DNA of 64,000 nt from Candidatus Magasanikiibacteriota bacterium. GTDB taxonomy: Bacteria; Patescibacteriota; Patescibacteriia; Magasanikbacterales; UBA922. Shown piece after piece: positions 1-11,250 of this stretch; position 1 is the first letter of the stretch; the number at the start of each line of letters is the position of its first letter. The position numbers and the translations under genes were made by a program. Below the pieces are notes generated by a model that searched no databases, had not been told where the DNA came from, and saw only the letters and a program-made list of their open reading frames with translations. The stretch covers positions 87,783 to 151,782 of the forward strand of contig JABIEQ010000002.1 in assembly GCA_018651085.1 (NCBI GenBank). The letters run 5' to 3'.

Positions 1-19
1 GTCACTTCTTTTAAAGCGC

Positions 20-580
20 GTGCGAAGTGATGGGCGAAAGACAGATATTTATCATGGGGGTCATATAAATGTATCAGGTCGGCACGGTGCTATATCAGTT
101 CATATTCCTCTTGATCCATTGCGTATAGAACACCGTCCATTTCGCATACTTGTTACTCGTTATTTTCGTTTGTTTCAGTATGTTATTTCGTTGTTTGGAT
201 TAGTAAGTACACTTGTTTCATTTTTTATTGTACCAACTTGGTATAATGGACTCCTTCTTTTTGGGCATGCCTGTATTTTTCTTTTATTTATTGTGTATAT
301 TAAACCACGACGACCAAAGGGATGGGGTGTTGTTTCTGATGCCACAAATAATAAATCATTACATCGTGTTGTTGTTCGTCTTTTTTTGAAGAAATTTCAT
401 AAGCTTGTTGCGACTGAAATCACGAATCATAAAGGACAATATGCTTTTTTAGTTGGGCAAAGTGAGTATTATGTTACGTGTGAGAAAAAGAATTATAAAC
501 TTCGAACGATTGAGGGGATTTCTATCACTGATAGTACTAAAGCGGCGGTGGCAGAAGATATAGAATTAGACCGTATTTAA
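20..580 (+). CDS. Hypothetical membrane protein (two N-terminal TM helices plus a C-terminal globular domain, possibly bacterial PH-like). The reading frame is open back to the window edge, so the gene may be 5'-truncated.
   Basis: ORF track; hydrophobic segments LFQYVISLFGLVSTLVSFFIV and LLLFGHACIFLLFIVYI; no in-frame stop upstream of position 20. Confidence 0.4.
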   Translation: MRSDGRKTDIYHGGHINVSGRHGAISVHIPLDPLRIEHRPFRILVTRYFRLFQYVISLFGLVSTLVSFFIVPTWYNGLLLFGHACIFLLFIVYIKPRRPKGWGVVSDATNNKSLHRVVVRLFLKKFHKLVATEITNHKGQYAFLVGQSEYYVTCEKKNYKLRTIEGISITDSTKAAVAEDIELDRI

Positions 581-629
581 GAAGATGAAAAAGAGGGGAT
601 TTATCCCCATAATGGTGATATATCACCTC

Positions 630-658
630 TTGACAATATTTTGATTGTTGTATACAAT
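630..658 (+). promoter_or_regulatory. Sigma70-like promoter upstream of 16S (TTGACA-N17-TACAAT)
   Basis: ttgaca at 630-635, 17-nt spacer, tacaat at 653-658, about 300 nt upstream of the mature 16S 5' end. Confidence 0.45.
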
Positions 659-856
659 AGCCCAGCAATCAGACAACCTATATTTTCCTCTTAAGCCTAA
701 GGGAACTGGGAAGAAAAAAGAGTAATCTATCTACGTTTTGCATATTGGGAGGATATGAGACGTCACCAGATTTCTCTTTTTTCTTTCTAGTCAGTTATGG
801 ATGAAATGAGACTAGAGAGCGATCATTACAATTTACGTTGCAAGAAACAACCATAA

Positions 857-879
857 TTGTCACAATAAAAATGTGACAA
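857..879. promoter_or_regulatory. Perfect inverted repeat TTGTCACA-N7-TGTGACAA in the 16S leader (possible operator or processing element)
   Basis: attgtcacaataaaaatgtgacaa seen directly; followed by a small hairpin gcttcg-tttta-cgaagc at 888-905. Confidence 0.3.
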
Positions 880-961
880 AAACGTATGCTTCGTTTTACG
901 AAGCAGCACGTCTATTTTCCTATAAAATTTTTTTTCTTTTTCGTGAGAAAGAGATTCAACT

Positions 962-2469
<1,508 letters not shown>

Positions 2470-2582
2470 TGGAGATACTCAGTCGAAAGACTGTGAATCC
2501 AAGTCGACCAGTTCCATCATGGTTCTGGATTACAAATAGACGTTATCGTTTTTGTCACTTTTTTCTTGTGAACTATGAATAA

Positions 2583-2608
2583 CACACCCCAAAAGGGTGT
2601 GTTTTTAT
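2583..2608 (+). terminator. Rho-independent terminator in the 16S trailer
   Basis: acacacccc-aaaa-gggtgtgt hairpin followed by TTTTT. Confidence 0.5.
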
Positions 2609-2716
2609 TCTTAATGTAATGAGGCAAGCCTCATTACGTGATTACCTTTAGAATCTGGGTATATATCGGATTATAGATTTCATTTTATTTGATACTTAAC
2701 CTTTGTATAAATAAAA

Positions 2717-2750
2717 ACACCCCGGGACAAAGCCCCCGGGGTGTTTTTTT
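2717..2750. terminator. Strong bidirectional terminator. It ends the 16S transcript on plus and the convergent minus-strand cluster.
   Basis: aaaaa-caccccggg-acaaagc-ccccggggtg-ttttttt; GC-rich 10-bp stem flanked by an A-run and a T-run. Confidence 0.65.
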
Positions 2751-2763
2751 GAAGGTATGTTTT

Positions 2764-3486
2764 TTACATGAGTCCATCGTTTCTTGTTGTGAGAAGCTCA
2801 GTACTTGTTATATGTTGTTGTTTTTGAAGTGCTGATTGAAAGGATGTTTTTTGAGTATCTTTTTTGAATGTGACAGTAAAACTATATTCTTGGACATTGT
2901 CTGTGATACTTCGTACGTGAAGGAGTGTATGATGTTTTATATATGCCTTGAAGATTGGATATAAGACATCATCAATATTATCAGATTTTGTTTGAATGTT
3001 TAGTATAAAGTCGTGAAAGTGGAATTCCCCAAAATTTGTTTTGTAAAAAATCCAGATAACGATACAACTAAATATACTTCCAATAATAGCTGCTGAATAA
3101 TTTAGGGTGCCGACGCCAAGTCCTACTACAAGGGCTAAGAAGACAAAAGCTGTGTCTCTGCTATCTTTAATTGCTGTTCTAAATCGTATAATGGTAAATG
3201 TTCCAAGAAGCGCAAATGCTGTTACGATGTTACCTCCTATTACTGCCATGGCGATGGTGGTAATAAGTGTAAGGAGTACTAATGTAATGACAAATGATTG
3301 TGAGTATGATATGCCGTGGTGTGTATGTTTGTATGTAATAGCAATTACAAGGCCTAGGAACAAGGCTACAAGAAGATTTAAAATAACGATGTCTATAGAA
3401 AATGTTGTTTGTGGAATCTGTGCGAGGAGTGTTTCTATCATATAATTATTTAGTAAGTGTTGGTCGAATATGTTGTAGACCAGCAC
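2764..3486 (-). CDS. Polytopic membrane protein, DUF4956-like. Assigned by typical size and by gene context with VTC and CotH.
   Basis: 240 aa, four or more hydrophobic helices; last gene of the CotH/VTC cluster. Confidence 0.45.
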   Translation of the reverse strand: MLVYNIFDQHLLNNYMIETLLAQIPQTTFSIDIVILNLLVALFLGLVIAITYKHTHHGISYSQSFVITLVLLTLITTIAMAVIGGNIVTAFALLGTFTIIRFRTAIKDSRDTAFVFLALVVGLGVGTLNYSAAIIGSIFSCIVIWIFYKTNFGEFHFHDFILNIQTKSDNIDDVLYPIFKAYIKHHTLLHVRSITDNVQEYSFTVTFKKDTQKTSFQSALQKQQHITSTELLTTRNDGLM

Positions 3487-4135
3487 AGTATTTTGAGTAT
3501 GATGTTTGTTGTAGAGAGAATATTTTTATAAACATATTTACCCATGTAGGAAGGTAAGTATGATATTTCAATTCTATAATTGCTTGATCTGTGAGTAGTG
3601 TACTGTTGGTCTGAGTAAATGTAAAGTCATTAGGAATACAGCTTTGAAGGTCACGATCTATGGTAATACGAATATGAGGATGTTGAATACCAATTAATGG
3701 TTGACGGGTATAGCTTATAAGTGTTGTGGGGCGTAGTGTATCTTGTATGTATAGGTGTCTGAAAGCATTGTCAATTGAATACATATCAGATTGTTGTTTT
3801 ATTGTGTTTGCCTCAAGTTGTATTCGCTCTTTGGTGATAACTGCTCCGTGTTTATATTTAATCTCAGCAAAAATGTTAGATTTTCCATGCGTTTTAGTGT
3901 GGTATTGTCGTAAGCGAAATTTTTTTCTTTTCATTATACCGTATATTTTTTCGAAATAATATTTCAGTGTAGGGGTGTCAAAATATATGCTATGTACAAC
4001 ATATGATTTTGTTATGGGATCAGCGTAGGAAAGGTCCGGTTTAGCAAAGCGGGATAAAAAGAATAGGATTTTTGGTAGATCTTTTTTATTAACGATGTAC
4101 TTGTATTCAAATCTTTTTATTTGTGTTGTAAGCAT
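3446..4135 (-). CDS. VTC/CYTH-like triphosphate-tunnel domain protein (polyphosphate-polymerase-like)
   Basis: 229 aa, no TM; N-terminal RFEYKYIV motif resembles the CYTH EXEXK start; context with DUF4956 and CotH is a recurrent bacterial neighbourhood (established knowledge, not verified by search). Confidence 0.45.
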   Translation of the reverse strand: MLTTQIKRFEYKYIVNKKDLPKILFFLSRFAKPDLSYADPITKSYVVHSIYFDTPTLKYYFEKIYGIMKRKKFRLRQYHTKTHGKSNIFAEIKYKHGAVITKERIQLEANTIKQQSDMYSIDNAFRHLYIQDTLRPTTLISYTRQPLIGIQHPHIRITIDRDLQSCIPNDFTFTQTNSTLLTDQAIIELKYHTYLPTWVNMFIKIFSLQQTSYSKYCAGLQHIRPTLTK

Positions 4136-4136
4136 A

Positions 4137-5294
4137 TTATTTTTTAAAACGATGGGCTTGGCTGTACTTACTATTATTTTGTGGAATAATATCTATTTTT
4201 ATTGATTTGAGTGCTTGAGTAATGTGTTCTTGGATTTCTTGTTGGTTTTGTAGGAATTGATTTTTTATAAAGGTGTTTTTTTCGTATTGATCTGTCTGCT
4301 TTTGTATTAATGTATCTAGTTTTGTGGAAGTATTTCTTTCAAATTCTATTTCTATTTCTTGAGATGTTCCTAATAGTTTGGGAGCAAAGGGTTTGCGTTG
4401 TGATAAAAATTGTAGATATTTTTTTCCGTCGTATACTCTGAATGTATCAAGAGATATGATAAAAGCTTGTTCTGGATTAGGCCCTGATCCCCAAGGGGAT
4501 GGAACATTTAGATGGATTCTTTCCCTTTCTGTTATAACCGCTACGGAAGGGGATAGTGCGATTTTTTGTATGTTGGGATCCTTTTTTTGCAGATATGCCA
4601 TGAGTTTTTGAGAAGGAAGGAGATGATATTGTTTGAATTTTCCTCGTTGTAGGTACGTTATGTAGGTTGTGATATCCCATGGTTGGTTTGGGGGAAGGTT
4701 GTTTTCGTTAAACGGGGTTGATTCTTTACGAAATTCAAATCGAGTTTCTTCTGTTTCACTTAATCCTGCATCTATGTGTGTACGGTTTATTTTTGTTTGA
4801 TATTCCATGCGAGATGGAAAAGATTTTGTATTCAGTGGATCGTTTAAATAAGAGGCAAATATGTTCTGGTTTTTAAATCTCTGTCTTAGTCTATAGAGTG
4901 CTTTATTATTGAACAGTGTATCGTCTTTTGTGTCAAAGTATATATCAAAAAAAATAGAAGAATTTGTGGACGTAGTTATATAGTATGCTTGGGATAATGC
5001 TTCTGGAGGATTGAAGTTATCTTTATCTATTTGTAGTTGCAGTTCTTTTTCAATATGTGCAATCATTTCTTTTGTGGAATATAAGGATGTTGATGGTGTT
5101 TGAATAGATAATTTAAATTCTCTTTCTATTCTTGAAGGAGTACCTGTTGCGGTTTTTTTTGTGATACTTATTGATGTAGTAATTTTGGAAGTGGGAATAC
5201 CAAAAATTGTGATTATAATAATAAGTAGTCCGATTGTACTTAAGATTAGGATGTGTTGGTATTTTCGACACAGGATTGGTATGGAAATTGTCAT
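4137..5294 (-). CDS. Membrane-anchored CYTH-domain protein
   Basis: N-terminal TM helix, then RIEREFKL (canonical CYTH ExExK signature); 385 aa. Confidence 0.45.
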   Translation of the reverse strand: MTISIPILCRKYQHILILSTIGLLIIIITIFGIPTSKITTSISITKKTATGTPSRIEREFKLSIQTPSTSLYSTKEMIAHIEKELQLQIDKDNFNPPEALSQAYYITTSTNSSIFFDIYFDTKDDTLFNNKALYRLRQRFKNQNIFASYLNDPLNTKSFPSRMEYQTKINRTHIDAGLSETEETRFEFRKESTPFNENNLPPNQPWDITTYITYLQRGKFKQYHLLPSQKLMAYLQKKDPNIQKIALSPSVAVITERERIHLNVPSPWGSGPNPEQAFIISLDTFRVYDGKKYLQFLSQRKPFAPKLLGTSQEIEIEFERNTSTKLDTLIQKQTDQYEKNTFIKNQFLQNQQEIQEHITQALKSIKIDIIPQNNSKYSQAHRFKK

Positions 5295-6967
5295 ATATTA
5301 TTTTTTTGTGGAGGTGAAAGTTTCCAAGGGTGTATACTTGTTGCATTTGTATTATCTGGACAGTTGTCATTTTTTTGGAGTGTTTGTAATACTTTATTTA
5401 TCGTGTTTTTGAATGTGATCGTAGAAATATTAATGTTTTCTGATAAGATGAATTGATAAGAAAGAGGAGCTGGGATTGCATGGGGAGGATTTGAGGTGTC
5501 TCTTCCTGGATAAAATATCATATTTTTATTTGAAGGAGAAAGAACCTCTTTTGATGTGACTTCTTCTCCTTTTGTTGTTATTATTGACGTGATTGTGTGA
5601 CTCGATACTCCGTTGACTTGTATAATGAGTTTTTGTCCTTTTTGCAAGAAACATAATTGTTCCTGTCCTATTTTTTTTGTAAATTCTGTTGATGAATTAT
5701 TAATACTTTTTTGTAATATTGTTATTTTTTCTTGCCAGATTTTTGGGGTTATTTTTTTGTATCGATAAAATGAGTAGTAGTCGTGTTTCTGTGTTGCTGC
5801 TAGAGTTTTTGTTATTTTAGATATTTCGTCGTTTATACTATCCGTGATTCCTGATGTTAATAGATTGTATATGTAGTTGTATTTTTGTTGTACAAAATAA
5901 GGATCTTTGTGAAGAAGAATAATTAGATCATTACTTATGATATCTAATTGAAATTCTCCTGTGTATGCGTTGTCTACGGTTCTTGTTAAAAATGTTGCAT
6001 CCCAGGGAATCTGTTGGAACTTTTGTATATCTTCATTGAAATACAATTTTACGTTATGTCTATTATCCCAATGTCTTATTTGGCCAATGTACATGAGTGC
6101 TCCTAGACGAATAAAGTATTCGTAATCAATAAGTGTTCTTAATTTTTTTATATCTTGTTTTTCAATAGCAAGAGATAGCTCATAGAGTTTTTGTTTGTGT
6201 TTTTCTTCTTGATCATGCGTAATACTATTTTCCCAAATAAAAGGTGCTCGAAATACAGAGGTTCCTATTCCTGGTTTTTTTGTAAAGGAAATATTTTCTG
6301 CTTCTAGGATACTTCCTAAGGGCAAATTTCTTCTTTGTAAAAAGGTATTGCGATCTATAGGTTCAGATACTTGGTATAGACCTAAAAATTTTTTGTTTAG
6401 GTATACGTTTGCAAAGGCATGATCAGGTACAATGAGATCGAGTTTTTTTCCGATAAATGATGTAATATACTCTCCAATTATTATAGACCCTTTTGGAGAG
6501 ATAACTTCAACTTGATCGGCATTAAATAATATGGGGGTGTTAGATTTTTCTGATCGTAGACGAAATGATTTTTTTGGGAATCGCCAATGATGATCAATGT
6601 CTCCGCGGAGTTTTATAAGAGATTTTATGGGTGATTTTTCATCTATTTGAATGGTTGCCCCATCGTAAAATTGTTTTTTTCCAGATATAGGAAGATCATT
6701 ATATATTTGTTTAAGTGTATCTTTTTGTGTCTGTATAGATAGAGTATAGATAGAAGATAGATCTTCTTTTTTTACGAGGGCTGATTGGATACTTGCAATG
6801 ATCGTTCTTGTTACTTGATAGTGCGGTTTTGTAATTTGGTCATTTCCATAGTTAAATGGTGTTATATTGAGATCTCTTGTCGTAAATGATATTTCAGCTA
6901 TACTAAGAAGTAATATGGCACTTGCTGCTATTATAAGGAATAAATATGTCATTTTTTTTGTGTACAT
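5291..6967 (-). CDS. cotH: CotH-family atypical protein kinase-like protein, secreted (signal peptide)
   Basis: N-terminal signal peptide MTYLFLIIAASAILLLSIAEI; central block IPWDATFLTRT resembling the CotH PWD(L)D motif; 558 aa, typical CotH size. Confidence 0.55.
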   Translation of the reverse strand: MYTKKMTYLFLIIAASAILLLSIAEISFTTRDLNITPFNYGNDQITKPHYQVTRTIIASIQSALVKKEDLSSIYTLSIQTQKDTLKQIYNDLPISGKKQFYDGATIQIDEKSPIKSLIKLRGDIDHHWRFPKKSFRLRSEKSNTPILFNADQVEVISPKGSIIIGEYITSFIGKKLDLIVPDHAFANVYLNKKFLGLYQVSEPIDRNTFLQRRNLPLGSILEAENISFTKKPGIGTSVFRAPFIWENSITHDQEEKHKQKLYELSLAIEKQDIKKLRTLIDYEYFIRLGALMYIGQIRHWDNRHNVKLYFNEDIQKFQQIPWDATFLTRTVDNAYTGEFQLDIISNDLIILLHKDPYFVQQKYNYIYNLLTSGITDSINDEISKITKTLAATQKHDYYSFYRYKKITPKIWQEKITILQKSINNSSTEFTKKIGQEQLCFLQKGQKLIIQVNGVSSHTITSIITTKGEEVTSKEVLSPSNKNMIFYPGRDTSNPPHAIPAPLSYQFILSENINISTITFKNTINKVLQTLQKNDNCPDNTNATSIHPWKLSPPQKNNI

Positions 6968-6969
6968 AC

Positions 6970-7902
6970 TTAGTGTTCACGAGGTTTAAAAGATATGTCT
7001 ATTTCGATAGACTCAATTTTTGAAGAAAGTTTCATTGAAGGACTTCTCAGATGAGGACTGACGCCATCAATAATGAATGCTGTTGGAGTTCGTGTTAGGT
7101 TACGTGGTTCCCATTCATCAAATGATTTGAATGTAATTATTTCTTCATTTTCTAAGTGTAAGACTATTGATGCAATGGTGAATGTTGTGCCTGTGCCTGG
7201 ATTTTCAAATGGTGATAAATAGATGTACTTTGGTGGATTTACAATATCTGGATGGGATTTAATAATGAGTCTTTTTTTGTGGAATGTATTGTTTATTGGA
7301 GCGTAAATGGGCTTTTGTGTGCTTTGTGTAGAAAATATGTGTGCTTTGTCTGCTAAATAAAATTGAATAGATGTATCTGTTTCTGGGTATGTTGCTGATA
7401 TGTTTTTTATATAGGATGCTTGTTTAATATCTCCTTTTTTTTCTGTTATTTTTATGAGTTGATTAGTAAGGTAGGTGTTTTTTGGTTGGATGTTCCATGC
7501 GTTAAAGTATGCCTCATAAGCTTTTTTTGTGTCTGGTATAAGTAAATAACAGTCTCCAAGAAGTGTAAAATACTCGTAGTTTTGATTCCAGAAGGAAATA
7601 AGTTCTTTAGTATATTTTATGCATTGTTCAGCATTTTTTTGATTTAAGAAAAATTGTGATAAATACGTATATGCTTTTATTTTAGAACTTGCAAAAATAT
7701 GTCGTTCTTGTGTTGCTGGATGATTTGCAATAAATGTTTGTAATGCTTGGGGGTTATCATGAATAATTTCTACTTGATTTTCTAATGCTTGTATTTTTTT
7801 TCCTTTGTATGCTAAAATTACATCATTAATTATGAAAAATATTTTTATTCCTATTAGAATAATTAGTATAGTAATTATTATATTTTTTAAAAAACTTATC
7901 AT
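6970..7902 (-). CDS. Membrane-anchored TPR-like repeat protein
   Basis: N-terminal TM helix; TPR-like segments (YEYFTLLGDCYLL...KKAYEAYFNAW); first gene of the minus-strand cluster. Confidence 0.4.
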   Translation of the reverse strand: MISFLKNIIITILIILIGIKIFFIINDVILAYKGKKIQALENQVEIIHDNPQALQTFIANHPATQERHIFASSKIKAYTYLSQFFLNQKNAEQCIKYTKELISFWNQNYEYFTLLGDCYLLIPDTKKAYEAYFNAWNIQPKNTYLTNQLIKITEKKGDIKQASYIKNISATYPETDTSIQFYLADKAHIFSTQSTQKPIYAPINNTFHKKRLIIKSHPDIVNPPKYIYLSPFENPGTGTTFTIASIVLHLENEEIITFKSFDEWEPRNLTRTPTAFIIDGVSPHLRSPSMKLSSKIESIEIDISFKPREH

Positions 7903-7912
7903 AATGTAGTTT

Positions 7913-10591
7913 ATGTCTTTTTATAAACATCGTAAGAATACATATATTCTTGTAATGGGTATATTTTTAATTGTCACTAGTTTATTACATAGTGGAGTTC
8001 GTGACAACCTTTTTAAAATTTATCAAGTTGGTGCACTTCATCTATCTCCTAGCAGTTGTACTGTTTTTCATAGTGCTGGGTATTGTGGTGCTCCTGGAGG
8101 GGATACTGATCCACCAGCTATTTCTTCTATTAAATTTGATGGAGTTTTGCAAGGGTCAGTCGGGACTTTGACATCTTCAACTGGTGTTATTGAAATTGTT
8201 CTTACTGAAGGTGAAACGGCTTTTGGTGCTGATTGTGCTAGTAATTTAAGTAATGTGAAGGTGAAGGCGGACACTGCCGGTACTCTTATAAGTGAGGGAT
8301 CAGGAATTAGTGAAATAGGGGGAGTTGGTGGTGCTCTAACGTGTACTTGGACTGGGACTTACACCATTAGTGCTGGCACTTCTGATACAGGCGCTTTTGT
8401 GGAAATTGGTACTATTCAAGATGATGCTATTATACCTAATTCTGCATCTAATCAATCAGGTGCAGGTACCTTTGCGGTAAGTATTCCTTCTGGAAATACG
8501 GTTCCAACGGTAAGCGCTATAACGCCGTCACAGACTACAGGATCTATTGTGGCATTTTCTCCAACAGTGGCTGATAGCGATAGCGATGTTACGAATCTTA
8601 TTGTTGAGCATTCTATTGATGGTATTACTTGGACTTCTAGTACATTATTTGTGGTTACTGAAACAGAAGGAGTTGATGGTGTTACTACGTCTACTGGAAA
8701 TATTGCTGATATTGATACTGATAATGATGGTTCAGTCACTTTTACGACAATTCAATGGGATGCTGGGACGGATCTTCCCAATACAGAGGATAGTAGTGTG
8801 TTTTTACGGGCTACTCCGAATGATGGTACGTTAAATGGATCTTCAGCTACGTCTAGTGCATTTGTGCTTGATACGAAAGATCCTACGGCTCCAGGTAATC
8901 TAACTATTGCGAATACCTCTACTACCGCTGTTACGTTTACATATGGTACGGTATCGACTGATGATAATTTTGTGGATTATCGTATTTTTTATAAAGAAGG
9001 TTCTTCTGGCGTCACTACAAGCGATACTTCTTTTACTTCTACAACGGACAGTAATTTGGGAAGTATTAGTTTTAGTTCAGCGACTACTTCAACAATATCA
9101 AGTCTTAGTCTTAATACCCAGTATGTAGCTAACATTTGGGCTTTTGATGGATTTGCTCATTCTACTGCTGCAAGCTCTGAAATTGCATTTTATACTCTTG
9201 CTGCTGCCCCTGGTACGCCAACTATCTCAAGTGTTGGAGAAACTAGCATGAGTTTTACGTTTGCTGGAGAATCTAATCCTACTACGACGGTTCATTCTAT
9301 TTTTGATACAAATGCTGGTCTTTATGTTGCTGCTGATAATGATCTTGACGCAACTACTGCTATATTTCAAACTACTTCTACATGGAGTACACCAACTATT
9401 TCTGGATTGTCCTTAAATACACAATATTGTTTTGGAACATTAGCTAGAAATGGAGATAATATTGAAACAGCGACAACAACTGCAGCGTGTGCGTATACGT
9501 TAGCTGCTGGGCCTGGTTCTGTTACTACCGATATTTTATCCAGTAAGATTACTGTCTCTTGGAATGTAAATGGTAATCCATCTGGTACGGAGTTTTATGC
9601 TTCTATTAGTTCAGGTGGCTCTTGTGGCTGGTCTGCTGATCTTACGACGTGTACGTTTACAGGTTTATCCCAATATACTTCTTATGTGATCACTGTGAAA
9701 TCTCGTAATGGGGATACTATTGAAGCTGTCGCTGGTGCTCTTACACTAAGAACTCTTGCTTCTGGAGGAAGTACACCGACTGCTTCTACTCCTTCTTTGG
9801 GTGGATTATTTAATGGATCAAGGGACTTTAAAGCTGTTGTCATTAATGATGGAGAATCAGAAACTGATTTATTAGACCTTCAATTAACTCTTAAGGCAAC
9901 AAATGTTACGCATATCGCTGTTGCTATTGATGGACTGTTTAACGATGTCTCTTTTGAACCTTTTTCTGAAGAGACTTCTTTTCGTATACCTGTTGATGTC
10001 TCTGGTGATAAACTTGTTTGTGTGAGGTTCCGTGCTTTTGGAGGTGGTACTTCTGATGTCTGTGATTCTATCAAATATGTTAAAAAACAGACACAAAGTT
10101 TGTCTACGTCTGATCCTGAAATACAAGAAGCTGTAAAGGATAAAGAAGTTGTTTCTGAGTTGTTTGATGATGGTTGTCCACTTGTTCGTCAAAAACCATA
10201 TAGGGTCGGAGGTACCAAAGGGGTGTATTATATTACTGTTGAATGTACTAAGCGTATATTTACGAGTCCAGATATATACTTTTCTTATTTTAGATCTTGG
10301 GACGAAATATCTGTGGTTACTCTTGATCAGTTGTCGTTTGTTGAGTATGATTCTTTTTTATATGTTCCTTGGGGACCGTTTAGTTCTCTTTCGAATCATT
10401 CTTTTGTAAATGTGCTTGGAAGTTCAAAAATCTATTTTATTCTTGAAAAAAATCGGCATTTGATTTCTTCTCCTGAAGCGTTGAAAATATTACGTTCACC
10501 GTTTGAGATAATTCATGTTGTAGGTCAATCTTTTTTAGATTTGTATTTTGACGAAGATATTATTTTAGAAAATCATTCCGGACTTTTTTAG
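7913..10591 (+). CDS. Large Thr/Ser-rich cell-surface protein with fibronectin-III-like repeats
   Basis: 892 aa; N-terminal TM/signal; repeated blocks YTLAAAPGTPTISSVGETSMSFTF / YTLAAGPGSVTTDILSSKITVSW typical of Fn3 domains; about 30% Thr+Ser. Confidence 0.55.
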   Translation: MSFYKHRKNTYILVMGIFLIVTSLLHSGVRDNLFKIYQVGALHLSPSSCTVFHSAGYCGAPGGDTDPPAISSIKFDGVLQGSVGTLTSSTGVIEIVLTEGETAFGADCASNLSNVKVKADTAGTLISEGSGISEIGGVGGALTCTWTGTYTISAGTSDTGAFVEIGTIQDDAIIPNSASNQSGAGTFAVSIPSGNTVPTVSAITPSQTTGSIVAFSPTVADSDSDVTNLIVEHSIDGITWTSSTLFVVTETEGVDGVTTSTGNIADIDTDNDGSVTFTTIQWDAGTDLPNTEDSSVFLRATPNDGTLNGSSATSSAFVLDTKDPTAPGNLTIANTSTTAVTFTYGTVSTDDNFVDYRIFYKEGSSGVTTSDTSFTSTTDSNLGSISFSSATTSTISSLSLNTQYVANIWAFDGFAHSTAASSEIAFYTLAAAPGTPTISSVGETSMSFTFAGESNPTTTVHSIFDTNAGLYVAADNDLDATTAIFQTTSTWSTPTISGLSLNTQYCFGTLARNGDNIETATTTAACAYTLAAGPGSVTTDILSSKITVSWNVNGNPSGTEFYASISSGGSCGWSADLTTCTFTGLSQYTSYVITVKSRNGDTIEAVAGALTLRTLASGGSTPTASTPSLGGLFNGSRDFKAVVINDGESETDLLDLQLTLKATNVTHIAVAIDGLFNDVSFEPFSEETSFRIPVDVSGDKLVCVRFRAFGGGTSDVCDSIKYVKKQTQSLSTSDPEIQEAVKDKEVVSELFDDGCPLVRQKPYRVGGTKGVYYITVECTKRIFTSPDIYFSYFRSWDEISVVTLDQLSFVEYDSFLYVPWGPFSSLSNHSFVNVLGSSKIYFILEKNRHLISSPEALKILRSPFEIIHVVGQSFLDLYFDEDIILENHSGLF

Positions 10592-10692
10592 TGGATATTT
10601 TTTAAAAGGTATTAGAAAAAGAGCTGTTACAGCTCTTTTTTTGGATATAATAAAAAAATTGTGCAGAGTCGTTTATATTTTTTGTTTGGAGT

Positions 10693-10718
10693 GTACGAGG
10701 GCGCTTGGGCCCTCGTAC
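10693..10718. repeat. Perfect GC-rich palindrome GTACGAGGGC-gcttgg-GCCCTCGTAC
   Basis: 10-bp perfect arms seen in sequence; stands out in AT-rich DNA; no adjacent T-run. Confidence 0.5.
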
Positions 10719-10732
10719 GACTCGGGTCAAGT

Positions 10733-11107
10733 TCACTCCCACCAGCGTAGTACTGTTGCTGCAATGGGGACGATAAGGAGAAGCGCTTCGATGACGATGA
10801 TGCCCATGAAGGCCAGCGTGATATCGAAGGTTTTGTTTCTTTGCTGGCTGCTTTTCTCGACGCTGTCTTTCCAGTCAGTGGCAACTTGTTGCTTGGCTGA
10901 CGGGAGCATCTTTATGTGGATTTCTCCACTAAGATTTCGGCTCAGGGCTTCCTTTCTTCTGCCGAGCATTTCTCTGAATATCTTCCAGGATTTTCCTCCG
11001 AAGAGAATATTCTGGATGATAGCCACCATGATGGTGACGAGTAAGAGGATCAGAATGGGAAATTGATATTCCCCAGCGAGGAGCACAGCACCTTGAAGCG
11101 TTTTCAT
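10733..11107 (-). CDS. Small two-TM membrane protein in a GC-enriched gene, driven by a consensus promoter
   Basis: 124 aa; TM helices at N and C termini; consensus TTGACA-N17-TATATT promoter upstream on the minus strand. Confidence 0.45.
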   Translation of the reverse strand: MKTLQGAVLLAGEYQFPILILLLVTIMVAIIQNILFGGKSWKIFREMLGRRKEALSRNLSGEIHIKMLPSAKQQVATDWKDSVEKSSQQRNKTFDITLAFMGIIVIEALLLIVPIAATVLRWWE

Positions 11108-11182
11108 CTACCAGATCCTTTGTCGATTGTGGGTCGGAACTTGGCGATTTTTCGAGCTGGGTAGCCCAGAAAAATACTATTA

Positions 11183-11250
11183 AATATAGCATATTTTTCG
11201 TGTTTTGTCAAGGTCTTTTCCTTGACAAATAGGCAAAAAAGCCCTATATT
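11183..11250. promoter_or_regulatory. Divergent promoter pair with -35 boxes embedded in the palindrome TTGTCAAGG-N7-CCTTGACAA
   Basis: plus: TTGACA 11222-11227, N17, TATATT 11245-11250, ahead of the U32 gene; minus: TTGACA (revcomp of 11206-11211), N17, TATATT (revcomp of 11183-11188), ahead of the 124-aa gene. Confidence 0.5.

Noticed and set aside
3107-3445. 112-aa plus-strand ORF (also 3726-3959, 4378-4611, 5161-5456 and similar)
   Set aside because: Antisense to or out of frame with better-supported minus-strand genes; low-complexity translations
10641-11066. 141-aa plus-strand ORF and 10627-10884 / 10929-11352 minus ORFs
   Set aside because: Overlap the promoter-supported 124-aa membrane-protein gene in other frames/strands; GC-driven open frames
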